Shown: positions 7,255-18,034 of the stretch, one piece after another | Numbering within the stretch: position 1 is the first letter of the stretch | Layout: each line of letters begins with the position of its first letter | IMG/VR virus record: IMGVR_UViG_3300028767_000024 | Span: 1 to 57,933 of that record | Length of the DNA: 57,933 nt | Reading direction: 5' to 3' (one strand) | Origin: a virus | Taxonomy: Duplodnaviria; Caudoviricetes | Program-made: the position numbers and the translations under genes | Notes under the pieces: model-generated | What the model was told of the DNA's origin: nothing | The model's input: only the letters and a program-made list of their open reading frames with translations | Database searches by the model: none

Positions 7255-7938
7255 TTATTTATTTAGCAAGTCTTCATTTTTCTGTTTCATATAGTCGTTT
7301 CGGTAAAACTTACTTTCCCCCCTTGTGGGATCACTAAGGTAGTGAGAGATTATCCAATAGTAATTTGTGCTGTCTATCGGGTTATTTTTATTCTGAATAA
7401 ATAACTTTTTGTAATAGGCTTCCCTTATGTCATTTATTTCTCTTGCATTTTGAATGGTTAAATATTTGAGTAGCTCTATCTTCTCTGCCTTGTTTTGTAT
7501 TTCTCTGTTATCATACAACACAACGGCACTTAACGCAACAGCAACAAGTAAAACTATCCCTAACACCCACTTTATCAATCCCAAAACTTTTTTTTCAAAG
7601 TTGTCATATTTTTCCTCTTGCTTCCCGGATTGTTTCTCTAAATGCTCTGCATAGGCAGCGTCGTGTTTTAATCCCTGTTCTTCCAGGTATGCTTTTATAG
7701 CATCATCCGTTTTGGTTCCTATCTGAATTATAGCCTTGTCTGTTTTGCGTTCAAAATGTTCTGATAATTCATCTGATTGGATTTCGAAGTTACTCAGCAC
7801 CTCTGCTGCACGAACTTCCAGTAAACCCAGAACGCCATTCGCATGACTGGCTATTCGGTCAAAACAGTTTATACACTCAGGGGTTCTTAGTGATTCCGGG
7901 GTCAGTTCGAGTCTGGGAATCCTTATTTTTTTAGCCAT
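7255..7938 (-). CDS. single-TM coiled-coil protein next to lysin (holin/antiholin-like candidate)
   Basis: TM WVLGIVLLVAVALSAVVLY; position in lysis module. Confidence 0.45.
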   Translation of the reverse strand: MAKKIRIPRLELTPESLRTPECINCFDRIASHANGVLGLLEVRAAEVLSNFEIQSDELSEHFERKTDKAIIQIGTKTDDAIKAYLEEQGLKHDAAYAEHLEKQSGKQEEKYDNFEKKVLGLIKWVLGIVLLVAVALSAVVLYDNREIQNKAEKIELLKYLTIQNAREINDIREAYYKKLFIQNKNNPIDSTNYYWIISHYLSDPTRGESKFYRNDYMKQKNEDLLNK

Positions 7939-8109
7939 AATTATTAGAGATAAATCTGGTATAAGCCAGAGGGTTCACTTTTGCATGTCGGGATATAAAT
8001 ATAGTATATTATTTTACTTAATGGAATACAGGGCATTAAATTCAAAAGCCTATGATATTAAAGCAAAAGAATTATTTGGGGAATTTGCATGGTTAAATTT
8101 TACAGATAA

Positions 8110-9651
8110 TCAAACGTTAGACCAATCATTATTATAGGCGCATAGGGCAGGTGTTGTTAGCATACTCCAGTCTTCGTTCAAAATCGCAGTGTATGATCCA
8201 CCTTCAAAGCCATGAATATAGTCTCCGTTTCTAAATTGTGTCTCTGCTAAATTTTCGCTTAACCACTCTACTCCATTTATAACTATTGTGTTATACGACT
8301 TTAAATTATTACCAGTATAAGTCCCTATATATCCGTTTTCGTGGGTTGTGGTAGGATTGCAAAGACGAATAGATGCGGCAGATGTTTTTGACTGCATACA
8401 AATCAGAGCGCTAGCATTATAGTAATTAATTCTATTCATATATGCGCTAACGGCATCGTAGTTGTCATAAATCCATATAATTCCATCATATTTTATCGTC
8501 CATTCGTCTCCAAAATTACCAACTTCAAGTCTTCCCCCACCTCCAATAATAGACAGTCCATACTCGTTGGTTGCTCCTTCGTTTGGTTCTTCCCAATGAA
8601 TTAATCCAATTTCTTTTAATTTACCACCAGCTAAAAGCCATGCATTAAATTCAGAATCAAATGTGTCTATTGAATTTAATAAATCTTCCCAAATACTTTT
8701 ACTTGGCACTACCCATTCATCTGAACTACTCAGATAAGTATAAGTAGCTGCATTGTTTTCATCGTTGTCATATACGCAACCTGCTTCAGTTTCTAATCCT
8801 GCCCATGTTGTATTATCAATAGGATGATAAACACCACCTTCAAAACCATGCACATAGTCACCGTTTTGGTATTTAGTTTCAGCTAAATTACAAGCCAACC
8901 ATTCTTGCGAACCAATGCAAATAGTAGGATAAATTTTTTCATCATTTCCAATATATATCCCAGTTTGACCATCTATTAGAGTTGTTGTTTCTTTTACTAA
9001 TCTAATAGAATAACCATAAGATTTTACATTAGTATATCCACCACTATCTGTAATTAAACTATCATACATTCTATAAAATCCAACAGAACTTCCGCTAACA
9101 GAAGAATTCCACATTTCAAATGTACTACCTATATTACCATAACCATTAATATTTCTATGACCAGAACCAACTGCCGTAAATCCAGTCTCATTAGTTGCTC
9201 CTGTGTTTGGACTTTGCCAATGTGTAAAACCTGTTTCTTTCAACTTTCCACCAGCATTTCCATATCCTAAAAACAATTGCATTGTTAAAATATCTCTATC
9301 GTCTTGACTATTATTATAAGATGGTAATTTCCATCCTATTGAAGCAATACCCCTACTATCAGTTGCAGCATACCAATTGTAAAGGCATCCGTTTGTGATA
9401 GCTTTTAACTGTTTTTGAGTTGCAAACCAGTTATACAATGCGCCGTAGCCACCTGTTTCAATTAGTTTATAGAGTGCCGTTAAAGTAGCATTACTCGCTG
9501 GCATAGTCACCGTAGCAGGATTAGCGTGTGCATCATCCAAAACTGATACATCACCGTCCCAAACATCGAATTCATATCCTTCTGGTGCGGTATCTGCCGT
9601 GATAATTCTAATATCCCCCGTATGTAATCCCGATTCAGTTGTTGTTGCCAT
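8110..9651 (-). CDS. receptor-binding/adhesin protein: partial InlB-B-repeat + two permuted Fib_succ_major (FISUMP) domains
   Basis: YGALYNW, GWKLPS, AGGKLKETGFTHWQSPNTGATNETGFTA, GYSIRLVKE, IGSQEWLACNL, with most motifs present twice. Confidence 0.8.
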   Translation of the reverse strand: MATTTESGLHTGDIRIITADTAPEGYEFDVWDGDVSVLDDAHANPATVTMPASNATLTALYKLIETGGYGALYNWFATQKQLKAITNGCLYNWYAATDSRGIASIGWKLPSYNNSQDDRDILTMQLFLGYGNAGGKLKETGFTHWQSPNTGATNETGFTAVGSGHRNINGYGNIGSTFEMWNSSVSGSSVGFYRMYDSLITDSGGYTNVKSYGYSIRLVKETTTLIDGQTGIYIGNDEKIYPTICIGSQEWLACNLAETKYQNGDYVHGFEGGVYHPIDNTTWAGLETEAGCVYDNDENNAATYTYLSSSDEWVVPSKSIWEDLLNSIDTFDSEFNAWLLAGGKLKEIGLIHWEEPNEGATNEYGLSIIGGGGRLEVGNFGDEWTIKYDGIIWIYDNYDAVSAYMNRINYYNASALICMQSKTSAASIRLCNPTTTHENGYIGTYTGNNLKSYNTIVINGVEWLSENLAETQFRNGDYIHGFEGGSYTAILNEDWSMLTTPALCAYNNDWSNV

Positions 9652-9654
9652 AAC

Positions 9655-12600
9655 TTAAAATATTATTTTTCTTATAGGTCTTACATAACCAATTTCAAAA
9701 TCATCATTACCTTCATCGTTTAAATCAGGACTAGTAGGTTGCCAATTAGTTCCATAACTATTATTTGGTAAATAACCAACTCTATAGATTATTTTTTCAT
9801 TATGATATTCATCCCAGTTTCCAGAACTACTACTCCAATAATTAGTTCTTTGTGTAGTACAAATAATAAAATTAATATTAAATAATCTTAAATTAGAAAG
9901 TGAAATATCTAGTTCTTTTGCACTAGGCAAATACCAATCATTGTGTTCACCACCATTGTATTCTCTTGTAAGTTTGGCGGCATATCCACTTTGTCCTTTT
10001 GCATCTAAATCAGCTATAATTAAATCAGTATAAGAACTTCCATTACCTATTGAACTATCATATGAAATTCCAGCAATAGGAATAAAAGGATCAGTATAAT
10101 AGTCATTAAAACAGAATCTTTGTTCTCCACCAATATCTTCTGTACTAATTACTAATATAAAAGAATGATCTGGTTCTATATAACTTACAATTCCACCACC
10201 GTATAAATCACCTATTTCTGGAAACGCAGAAGGCATTGATATTGTTCCATTATTTACAGTAAGCGTATAAGTTTGATCTAATACATTATATAATATATTC
10301 CATTCTCTACCAGTAGAATCAGGTGGTAATTCATCCATTAACATATCTATTGTATCGAGCATATCCTGATCTGTAATTGGTGGATTATCACCCTTAATAT
10401 CCAATAAACAAATATCAGTAGTAGATTCTATATTAGATAGATCAACTGCATGAATCAGGTTATATAGCTGTTCTACATCCATTCCTGTGTTCTTCCAGAT
10501 AATACTCTTGTCACCGTTATTGCCTGTCGGAATATCTGTGCCTGAGCAAATCGTAACTTTTGAATAGGATGCGTCAACATGGGCAATATCAAACAGAGTG
10601 GTTAAATCGCCTGTAATTCCGGTATTGGATATATTAAGATTGTGTGTGACTACTGATAGTGAGCTGCAATCCCCGGAAATAGGTGTGTTCTGAATCTCTA
10701 ACGAATATAGCGGGGTCTTAAACTTATCTGTCGGCATATAGAAGAACTGACCGACAGTATTCTGAATTCCAAGATTAGTGTCGCTCAAATCCACCGATCC
10801 ATTTGCAAGTAGTCCGCCATTATCTGTAAAATAAATCAGTTGTATGGCATTACAGGTAAACGATTCGAATAGGTTTTGTAAATCAGATGCCGGTATATTA
10901 TTGGTAAGCGTTACGGTATAAACTCCGGGCATGGAATATAAATGTGATTGTAGTTGTGGTTGATAAATCATACCCTCAATAATCACATCCGGTTCTCCTT
11001 CTCCGTAATCGATATGAGTTGAATAATTCGCTACCTCATCCTCATTTGGAGTGAAGCTAAAATCAATTGTAGTAGGTTCTGATATCTGAAATACAAAAGT
11101 CAAACTCTTGCTTGTTACATAAGCATCCATCCATCTAACCTGGAGCCGGGGCTGACCGTACTCTACCAAGGCATTTGTGCATCCACGACTACTTCCGCCA
11201 AACCACGTAGGATGGGCGTCGATCTCCACTGTTGGCATACGCTGAAGGCAGGCATACTTAATCATGCCTGTAAAAGATTCATCAGGGACTATCCTGAATA
11301 TCTTTTGGGTTACGGCACCTACCCGTACCAATACCTTGTATTTTTTAACTATACCTGGTTCTCCAGAAAGCCACAATCTATCCGTGCTATCTTCAAGGGT
11401 AATTCCTGTTGGGTAATCTTCCGGTTGTAGGAATGAACGCTCATGCCCGCCCTGCTTATAATAAGTATTTCCGTCAAGCCAATTGCAGATTGCCCCATCA
11501 AAAGTGCCAAGTAAATCGATAGCTAAATGCCCCGAGTTTATTACACATTCAATTTCGATAAAGCAGTATTGACCGTAATGAATCGGAGTCCTGATCTTAG
11601 GGCAACTCTGCCATACTCCATCTGTTGCATTACTCATCGAATCACGATATATGGCACCATCTCTAATCTGCCAGCTTGAATCGTAATTCCAAAACTTACG
11701 CAATAGGTAGGTAGGGTCGTCCGGGTTGTCAAACTGTTGCTCTAATCTAAACGACGGGTTGTATAATAAATTACCTTGTCCTTCCTGCATAAAAGGAACA
11801 TCATAATCGCTTGCGTCAGGATACATGTCAAGCTGAGGATTACCGGATGGATATTCTACTCCACCAAATACAAGTCCGCCCTCGGTTGTGATATTATTCC
11901 CGGCAGAGGGCATGTACTTGTTCTTTCGCATTCCCTGATCCCCATCAGAATTGATATACCGGTTATCGTAGGTAGGGAATAGTCCAAGCACACTGCCATT
12001 TTTATTCAGGTCAAGTAGTGCAAGAAAATCAACATATCTGGCATTCTGAAATATGATGGGTGTGTTTATGTAAACATTTTGCTTCCCTTCCGATGATCTT
12101 CCTAGTGGGGTGATTACATCAAATACGGGAGCCATGTATTTATCAGGGGCAATCGCAACTACAAACGCGGTAGGCTTTGCCGGTATTGTCACTCCGTCTA
12201 TTATTTTGGTTGTACTTAAATGGCATCCTGAGATAGCTTCGAGTTCTACCTTGAATGTAATTACCGGAGGCGGAGTCATTAAATCATACTGATTAGCCTT
12301 TGGGAAAAACTTAAAGTTAGCATACTTCTTTCTACCCTCGGCGTCGTCCATCGGGTACTCAGCTGAATTCATCGCGGCAGTATGGATGTTCTGATCTTTT
12401 GTGCGGGAAATTAACTTCGAACTAAAATCATCTGTTCCATCAAAAAGTCTTCCGAATCCTATCTGATATTTTGTTTTCTTAATGTCATCCCAAGTGTACA
12501 TACCAGAGATAAGATTCTTGTACTGATATATTCCGTCAATAGCCTTTGTAGGATATGAAAAAAAGTTCCATATAGAATCAGCAACTAAAATCATAGTTGT

Positions 12601-13464
12601 GTAAAGGGCTATCCCCTGAAAAATAGTTCCAACAGCCATTGATTCAGGGTTAGTCCACAGCTTATTCATTGCCTCCGATACCTTCTTGAGTACGGGAGTT
12701 TTATTTCCCAGGAGGTAATCAAACAGGTGCGCCAGGTTTAATGAGTTAGAAATAGGCCCAAGAGAATCAGATGCATTGCTGAATTTAGGAACAAAAATAG
12801 CGGCAACATGTGTTAAAAATTCATTAGGATTACCTACCGAGAAACTTACGGGAATATCGCCGTAGTAAACCGTGATATTGTACGAGAATACTGCATCCTT
12901 TGTGCTTGGTCCGGTTAAGTAATCTAGTCCAACCTTAACGCCCAGGCTTGAATCATTTAATACATCATCATTTCCATCCCTCAACATAGCTGATTGGGTA
13001 ATATCAACAAGCATTTTTGATTCGGTCTTTGCCGGGGAGGTGTATTTGTCTACTTCGAATAGTTTGGGCGGAACAGCTATTCCTATTATCTTCTGATTGT
13101 CGACAAGGTATTGTTGTGCGGACTGAGTCTGTGGCATTAATTCTACGGTAGGATCACCGGCAATAAATGGAGTGCCTACAACTGACTTAAAGTAAATTTC
13201 AGGTTCGCCTTCCGAGCCTTCTGTTCCTCCGTAGTTTCTGTAATGATCGGTTTGAAGCGGCAATGTGACGAGGTTAGTCTTTCTTTCCTCATCCGTATTT
13301 CCTTCGCAGTAATCGGGATCAACGTATGGTCCGGCGATGTCGTTATCGCCGTACATGACATCTGATGTAATATTTACTTTTGGCGAGGAAGAATTAATGT
13401 CAATGACATCCATCATCTCGTCTGTCGTCATATTGACCTTCTTAATCCTTCCTCTTGTAGCCAT
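9655..13464 (-). CDS. large tail/receptor-binding protein with PKD-like, LRR-like and C-terminal DUF1566 (C-lectin-like) regions
   Basis: IDYGEG..HLYSMPGVYTVTL; LNISNTGITGDLTTL; IGDLYGGGIVSYI..NDWYLPSAKEL..YWSSS..YVRPIR. Confidence 0.7.
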   Translation of the reverse strand: MATRGRIKKVNMTTDEMMDVIDINSSSPKVNITSDVMYGDNDIAGPYVDPDYCEGNTDEERKTNLVTLPLQTDHYRNYGGTEGSEGEPEIYFKSVVGTPFIAGDPTVELMPQTQSAQQYLVDNQKIIGIAVPPKLFEVDKYTSPAKTESKMLVDITQSAMLRDGNDDVLNDSSLGVKVGLDYLTGPSTKDAVFSYNITVYYGDIPVSFSVGNPNEFLTHVAAIFVPKFSNASDSLGPISNSLNLAHLFDYLLGNKTPVLKKVSEAMNKLWTNPESMAVGTIFQGIALYTTMILVADSIWNFFSYPTKAIDGIYQYKNLISGMYTWDDIKKTKYQIGFGRLFDGTDDFSSKLISRTKDQNIHTAAMNSAEYPMDDAEGRKKYANFKFFPKANQYDLMTPPPVITFKVELEAISGCHLSTTKIIDGVTIPAKPTAFVVAIAPDKYMAPVFDVITPLGRSSEGKQNVYINTPIIFQNARYVDFLALLDLNKNGSVLGLFPTYDNRYINSDGDQGMRKNKYMPSAGNNITTEGGLVFGGVEYPSGNPQLDMYPDASDYDVPFMQEGQGNLLYNPSFRLEQQFDNPDDPTYLLRKFWNYDSSWQIRDGAIYRDSMSNATDGVWQSCPKIRTPIHYGQYCFIEIECVINSGHLAIDLLGTFDGAICNWLDGNTYYKQGGHERSFLQPEDYPTGITLEDSTDRLWLSGEPGIVKKYKVLVRVGAVTQKIFRIVPDESFTGMIKYACLQRMPTVEIDAHPTWFGGSSRGCTNALVEYGQPRLQVRWMDAYVTSKSLTFVFQISEPTTIDFSFTPNEDEVANYSTHIDYGEGEPDVIIEGMIYQPQLQSHLYSMPGVYTVTLTNNIPASDLQNLFESFTCNAIQLIYFTDNGGLLANGSVDLSDTNLGIQNTVGQFFYMPTDKFKTPLYSLEIQNTPISGDCSSLSVVTHNLNISNTGITGDLTTLFDIAHVDASYSKVTICSGTDIPTGNNGDKSIIWKNTGMDVEQLYNLIHAVDLSNIESTTDICLLDIKGDNPPITDQDMLDTIDMLMDELPPDSTGREWNILYNVLDQTYTLTVNNGTISMPSAFPEIGDLYGGGIVSYIEPDHSFILVISTEDIGGEQRFCFNDYYTDPFIPIAGISYDSSIGNGSSYTDLIIADLDAKGQSGYAAKLTREYNGGEHNDWYLPSAKELDISLSNLRLFNINFIICTTQRTNYWSSSSGNWDEYHNEKIIYRVGYLPNNSYGTNWQPTSPDLNDEGNDDFEIGYVRPIRKIIF

Positions 13465-16400
13465 TATACAGTTGTGTCTCTAGCGATTAATTGTAATTTT
13501 AAATGAAGGTTTCCTGCCGAATCCAAGAATGCTATCCTCGTAGGAGTTCCGGCATCACCAATAGAATAGAAATTAACATTTCCTGACCCTTGCATTTTAT
13601 TTGCATACACATTTACTTCACCTGCTTTGACTTCAACCCAAGATGGAGAAACTTCATCCGATGTTCTTTTTGACAGGACAACAGATGAAGTCTCTGCGTC
13701 TGAAGTAACATGATTCCCGCTTATTTCTACGTGCTGTATCGCGGCAGTGTCATTGACCAGAAGCGTATTGCTTTCAATATCATTGGCACTAAAGTTTTGA
13801 TCGATATCTCCATTGATGTAAGCTGCTCCGATATTTGATCTTGCAATGCCACGTTTTACATTATCCCCTGATGTATTATCGGAATCCAATAAATCGTATT
13901 GAGGAGTATAAAGTATCGGGGTTACATTGAATTTTAATTCTCCTAATTCTTCGTCAAGATATAATGAGTTATCCGTAGAAAGAGCAGTTGTAATAGGACT
14001 TTTATTGACCATCACTCCACCGACATGCCTTGCTTCGTTATCGGTATAGGTTGCAATTGGAATATCGATTGTATCCAAGAACGCTAAGGCGCCAAAAGTA
14101 TAATCTACATTCATGTCAATCCCTTCTCCATACTCATCCGTTACTGCAAAATGAAGCGTATTGTCAGTCTTGGTAATGGCAGTAAGCTGATAATCCGTAG
14201 AACTTCCACCTGACGATACAGATTTTAAAGTGTTGGTTGCAAAGTCATAGAATAATCCTGCACCAACATTAAGGTTCATTATCGTAGTTGCAGCCAAGGT
14301 AGCCGAAGTACGGATATCTGCCGAATAATTAGCCTTTAATGCCAATGCACCTTGACCTAAAGTTCCGCCGGCAGTCCACGAAGGGGTAGGAGTCCATCCT
14401 ATTGCCGGGATAGCCTTAGTTACATTTATCTTAACGGAAGTTCCATCTGTAAGAGCCACTTCGGTTGCTATCCCATCGATAAGTGGTTTCTGTGTAAATG
14501 TGAATGAGTCCTCAGAGTCCTGCTCAATAAGATACACTCCCGTATCCAGATCGTCTAAAACGATATCCTGTACGTTAACTTTTATTTCTTCATCAAGTGT
14601 CTCTAAACCTATATGATCGCCTTCTAAAATAGATTTAAACCTAAGTACGGTACCTGTCTTATCTTTATACCATCCGATTCCGACTCCTACGTTACTTGCC
14701 GCATTGGATTCTCCTCCTCCCGTTCCGGTAGCTGTCACGTCGATTTCATCATTCGCCGTAGACACAAACTGAACTGATCCGTCAGTAGAGATTAATGGCC
14801 TAAATCGTAATACAGGCGCAACGCCTTCCGGGGTATCTGTCACGCGGAACACTTCGGCATAGCTTGCAGTGGTCGACACTACCGCTTCGTTCAGTCCGTC
14901 AACCGCAAGTTGTAAAGAGAAATCAAGATCGTTATCCAAAAGGTTATCTACAATCACGACCCTTGCATCATCCGGTTTAATTCCCTTGATCGGTAAATCT
15001 GACCCCACTTTGGGTAAACTTAAATCAAAAGCGGTAATTGAACCATCATATCTTAGCGCATTTGCCTGTCCTGATGTCGGTGAATTATCTAACTGCACCC
15101 ATGTACTGCCAATTCTACCGTAGTAGTGTCCTGAGTCATAAACAACAACATGATCTGAAGTTGCATATCTTGGTCTTTGTGCTAAATTAATTCCTCCTGG
15201 CACTTTTAATTCAGCCTGTGCTGATACCCATTGTAATCCTGCCTGTGCCGAAAAACCCCTATTGGTATCACCTGTGGCGCCGGAAGATATTTGAATCATC
15301 CCCGTAAGTCCGTCGTCTGATGCGTGAGGAATAATCGTAGAATTAAATGCATTGGCGCCTAACTGTAATACCAGGTCAGATAATCCGTTTCTTACAAAGG
15401 TAACCTTGAATGCATCTGAAGTAGTACCTACATCTGCCGTAGCCTTAGTAACTGCGCTCAAATAGTTATTAGCCCCCGTTGCGAAGTCTACCCAATTGTC
15501 ATTATCGTAATACTGAGGCTTAACTACCCCTCCGGCATCTACAAATTGAACCATTCCGCCTGATGGAGTATTATCTGTATCGAAGGTTCCAATCTTAACT
15601 TCCTGCCCAACATCAAGCCTATTATTAACCCTTAACCATCCTGTTGAAAAGTCACCATACAGCAAGGATCCTAGTCTTTCCAATTCCTGTGATGCGTAAT
15701 TTACATTGCCGACATAGAACTTATTGTTTTCGGATTCAAGCTTCCCTGCATAAGCTCCCACAGCGACCATTCCTGAAACATTGGACGAGATGCTTTGTCC
15801 GGCATAATTTCCAAGTAGGGTATTCCAGCTTCCTGTTGATAGTGATCCTCCTGCCTGCTCGCCTGCAAGAAGGTTGCCCTCCATATTTGCACCCCACGAC
15901 AGGTTCCTGGTAATCCCATGCCCAATTAAGGTATTCTTTCTTCCCAAATACTGAAGCACACTCTTTAGGGTCGCATCTATGCCGTTTTTAGCCTGTATGC
16001 CGGTGAATCCTGTAAAATCTAATGTCTTGGTGGTCTTGTTGTATTTAAAGGATATATCGCCTCCAATCGTGTTATTGTCATCGAACAGGACTTTTTGATC
16101 CCCCGGCAGTGTAATTGTATTCTCAACTGAGTCCAGCCATGCCAATGGTCCCAATGGAACGGTCTTGGTGGTAGAATCATTCATCGTCAGGATTAACGTA
16201 TTTCCTTCGGCCTGTCTTAATGCAGATACCAGAAAATCTTCCTTACGCCATGATGGATTCTTATTTACGTCGAGTTTCCAAATATAATTGCCGGCAGGAG
16301 AATCATTGCCCCTATGTACAATCCCATGTGCGGTTTTGGTATTGAATTCGCCGGACAGATAAGGAAGATACTTGATATAATTCAAATCATTATCCCATAC

Positions 16401-16484
16401 CAAAACTTTTTCATGCTCGGTTATTCCGGGATTCCTGTTTACTCCCCCTATTCTTGATGTCTGGCGTATTCCCCTGAATTCCAT
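13464..16484 (-). CDS. tail fibre protein
   Basis: 1006 aa, G/T/D-rich; NTLLGNYAGQSISS beta-helix-type repeats; VGIGWYKDKTGTVLRFKSI; repeated 'LGPLAWLD/LGANAFNS/FGALAFLD' linkers. Confidence 0.7.
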   Translation of the reverse strand: MEFRGIRQTSRIGGVNRNPGITEHEKVLVWDNDLNYIKYLPYLSGEFNTKTAHGIVHRGNDSPAGNYIWKLDVNKNPSWRKEDFLVSALRQAEGNTLILTMNDSTTKTVPLGPLAWLDSVENTITLPGDQKVLFDDNNTIGGDISFKYNKTTKTLDFTGFTGIQAKNGIDATLKSVLQYLGRKNTLIGHGITRNLSWGANMEGNLLAGEQAGGSLSTGSWNTLLGNYAGQSISSNVSGMVAVGAYAGKLESENNKFYVGNVNYASQELERLGSLLYGDFSTGWLRVNNRLDVGQEVKIGTFDTDNTPSGGMVQFVDAGGVVKPQYYDNDNWVDFATGANNYLSAVTKATADVGTTSDAFKVTFVRNGLSDLVLQLGANAFNSTIIPHASDDGLTGMIQISSGATGDTNRGFSAQAGLQWVSAQAELKVPGGINLAQRPRYATSDHVVVYDSGHYYGRIGSTWVQLDNSPTSGQANALRYDGSITAFDLSLPKVGSDLPIKGIKPDDARVVIVDNLLDNDLDFSLQLAVDGLNEAVVSTTASYAEVFRVTDTPEGVAPVLRFRPLISTDGSVQFVSTANDEIDVTATGTGGGESNAASNVGVGIGWYKDKTGTVLRFKSILEGDHIGLETLDEEIKVNVQDIVLDDLDTGVYLIEQDSEDSFTFTQKPLIDGIATEVALTDGTSVKINVTKAIPAIGWTPTPSWTAGGTLGQGALALKANYSADIRTSATLAATTIMNLNVGAGLFYDFATNTLKSVSSGGSSTDYQLTAITKTDNTLHFAVTDEYGEGIDMNVDYTFGALAFLDTIDIPIATYTDNEARHVGGVMVNKSPITTALSTDNSLYLDEELGELKFNVTPILYTPQYDLLDSDNTSGDNVKRGIARSNIGAAYINGDIDQNFSANDIESNTLLVNDTAAIQHVEISGNHVTSDAETSSVVLSKRTSDEVSPSWVEVKAGEVNVYANKMQGSGNVNFYSIGDAGTPTRIAFLDSAGNLHLKLQLIARDTTV

Positions 16485-16490
16485 AGCGAA

Positions 16491-17102
16491 TTAGTTTGGA
16501 TGTATTCTTTCGAACCTGATATATAAATGATCTCCTGCCTTTAATTCATAGTAATTATGCCAGTATAGCGTTGAGGCGATGATATGACAACCTTCCTCTT
16601 CCGGGGTTACTAAATTGTCCGGGTCGTTATCGTTTACTGTTACCATAAGTGAATTCCTGTCTGCAACGTAAATATCAAACGGAAGGGCAACGGTTGTTGG
16701 ATCATCTACCGTAATCAGGATATCGAAATACTCCCAATGCAAACGGGTTGTTTCCTTGATAATGATAATAGGTGGACTAGGCGGATTGATAGGATCGGGA
16801 AGAACCTGTTCTCCAAAAATGACAATCTCCTTGAGCTCGTAATCTAAGAACTCCCGAATACTGGCGCCAAGTCCGACCACGAACTCTTTATTTACCTCTC
16901 CTGATCCTATATAGATTCTATCGTCGATCAGGTTAATTGCCAATAATGCCTTCAGAAAGTAATTAATCTGAATAGAGTCTCTATACCATTGCTGATAGTC
17001 ATTGTTTCCAGCTTCAAGTATGTCGAGCAGCTTATCCGTGTAGTAGATATATACCCTCTTAGCAAGATCAATCTCTGAGTTTAAATAGCCCTGGGTTATC
17101 AT
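16491..17102 (-). CDS. putative tail structural protein
   Basis: 203-aa ORF in tail cluster. Confidence 0.55.
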   Translation of the reverse strand: MITQGYLNSEIDLAKRVYIYYTDKLLDILEAGNNDYQQWYRDSIQINYFLKALLAINLIDDRIYIGSGEVNKEFVVGLGASIREFLDYELKEIVIFGEQVLPDPINPPSPPIIIIKETTRLHWEYFDILITVDDPTTVALPFDIYVADRNSLMVTVNDNDPDNLVTPEEEGCHIIASTLYWHNYYELKAGDHLYIRFERIHPN

Positions 17103-17617
17103 ACTCCGAGTAGTTTATTTAAAGCATTAAGAGTGCGGGTTGATTTAATTTCCCTGTCCACGATGTATGAAGTATCAAGCATCGGAAGTCTGTCGAGCAA
17201 TAGTACAAGCCTGAACAAGTCTTCTACCCTGCCCTTATCTGTCTCGGGAACATGTACGCTGCTTGCTCGGCTGAATACGTTGAACTTAATGCCCTGATAC
17301 ACCATGAATCCATAGATATTGGAAACAAAATCATTTACAGCAGCTTTTAATTGTATTGTCCACCATCCGTCGGGAATATAGGTAGTCCCAAAAAAGTTCT
17401 CTTTTGAGAATAGTACCTCTACAAGTCCGTCTTCCACGAACGTTTGTTCCTCGTATGTGTCGAGCTGATATACCCTATTTAATATAGGATCAACTTCATT
17501 TGAGAAATACAGGATAATGGGGGTCCATGCGGTTCTGCTGATACCTGTATAGTCCTTGATGATAATGCTCGTCTGAGAAGCATTAGTTGTTGCGGTTATT
17601 GAAAGTGCTGTACTCAT
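17099..17617 (-). CDS. putative tail structural protein
   Basis: 172-aa ORF; IIIKDYTG...IPDGWWTI pattern; coupled to next gene. Confidence 0.55.
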   Translation of the reverse strand: MSTALSITATTNASQTSIIIKDYTGISRTAWTPIILYFSNEVDPILNRVYQLDTYEEQTFVEDGLVEVLFSKENFFGTTYIPDGWWTIQLKAAVNDFVSNIYGFMVYQGIKFNVFSRASSVHVPETDKGRVEDLFRLVLLLDRLPMLDTSYIVDREIKSTRTLNALNKLLGV

Positions 17618-17628
17618 ATCGTCGTATT

Positions 17629-17904
17629 TTAATTAACCGGATTATTTTCAGTTGTGCTCGTTGTTTTTGTTGTAATTGAACTATCGGTCTTTGTTGCCTT
17701 TATATTGCTAAACCACTCTGGCATCGTAAGTCCTGCCAGCCCGAAAGCCAGTCCGACAATAGCCCATATCAGTATCTCGTTAATGCTTGGTATCTGAACC
17801 GCCCTGTTAAGCATCCAGAGACACCAGAAGAATCCTAACCGCTTGCTTGAAATATGGCCTTCCCTGTCTTCGATAAGTGTAGCCAACCATAGAAAAAATT
17901 TCAT
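17629..17904 (-). CDS. two-TM holin-like membrane protein
   Basis: ISSKRLGFFWCLWML...ILIWAIVGLAFGLAGLT. Confidence 0.55.
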   Translation of the reverse strand: MKFFLWLATLIEDREGHISSKRLGFFWCLWMLNRAVQIPSINEILIWAIVGLAFGLAGLTMPEWFSNIKATKTDSSITTKTTSTTENNPVN

Positions 17905-18034
17905 AACGTCTATATTTAATCATTATAATCGATTCGCAGTTTAGTCAATATCTTAATACTTTTTTTCATAATGAATTATTTTTATTGCTTGTAATCTATA
18001 TTGTGAAAAGGTTCAAATTGCCCATAGTTGAACT

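Noticed and set aside
8110-10240. Diversity-generating retroelement targeting the Fib_succ_major or DUF1566 domains
   Set aside because: These folds are known DGR targets, but I see no reverse transcriptase, Avd or near-identical template repeat in the window. It cannot be excluded outside the window.
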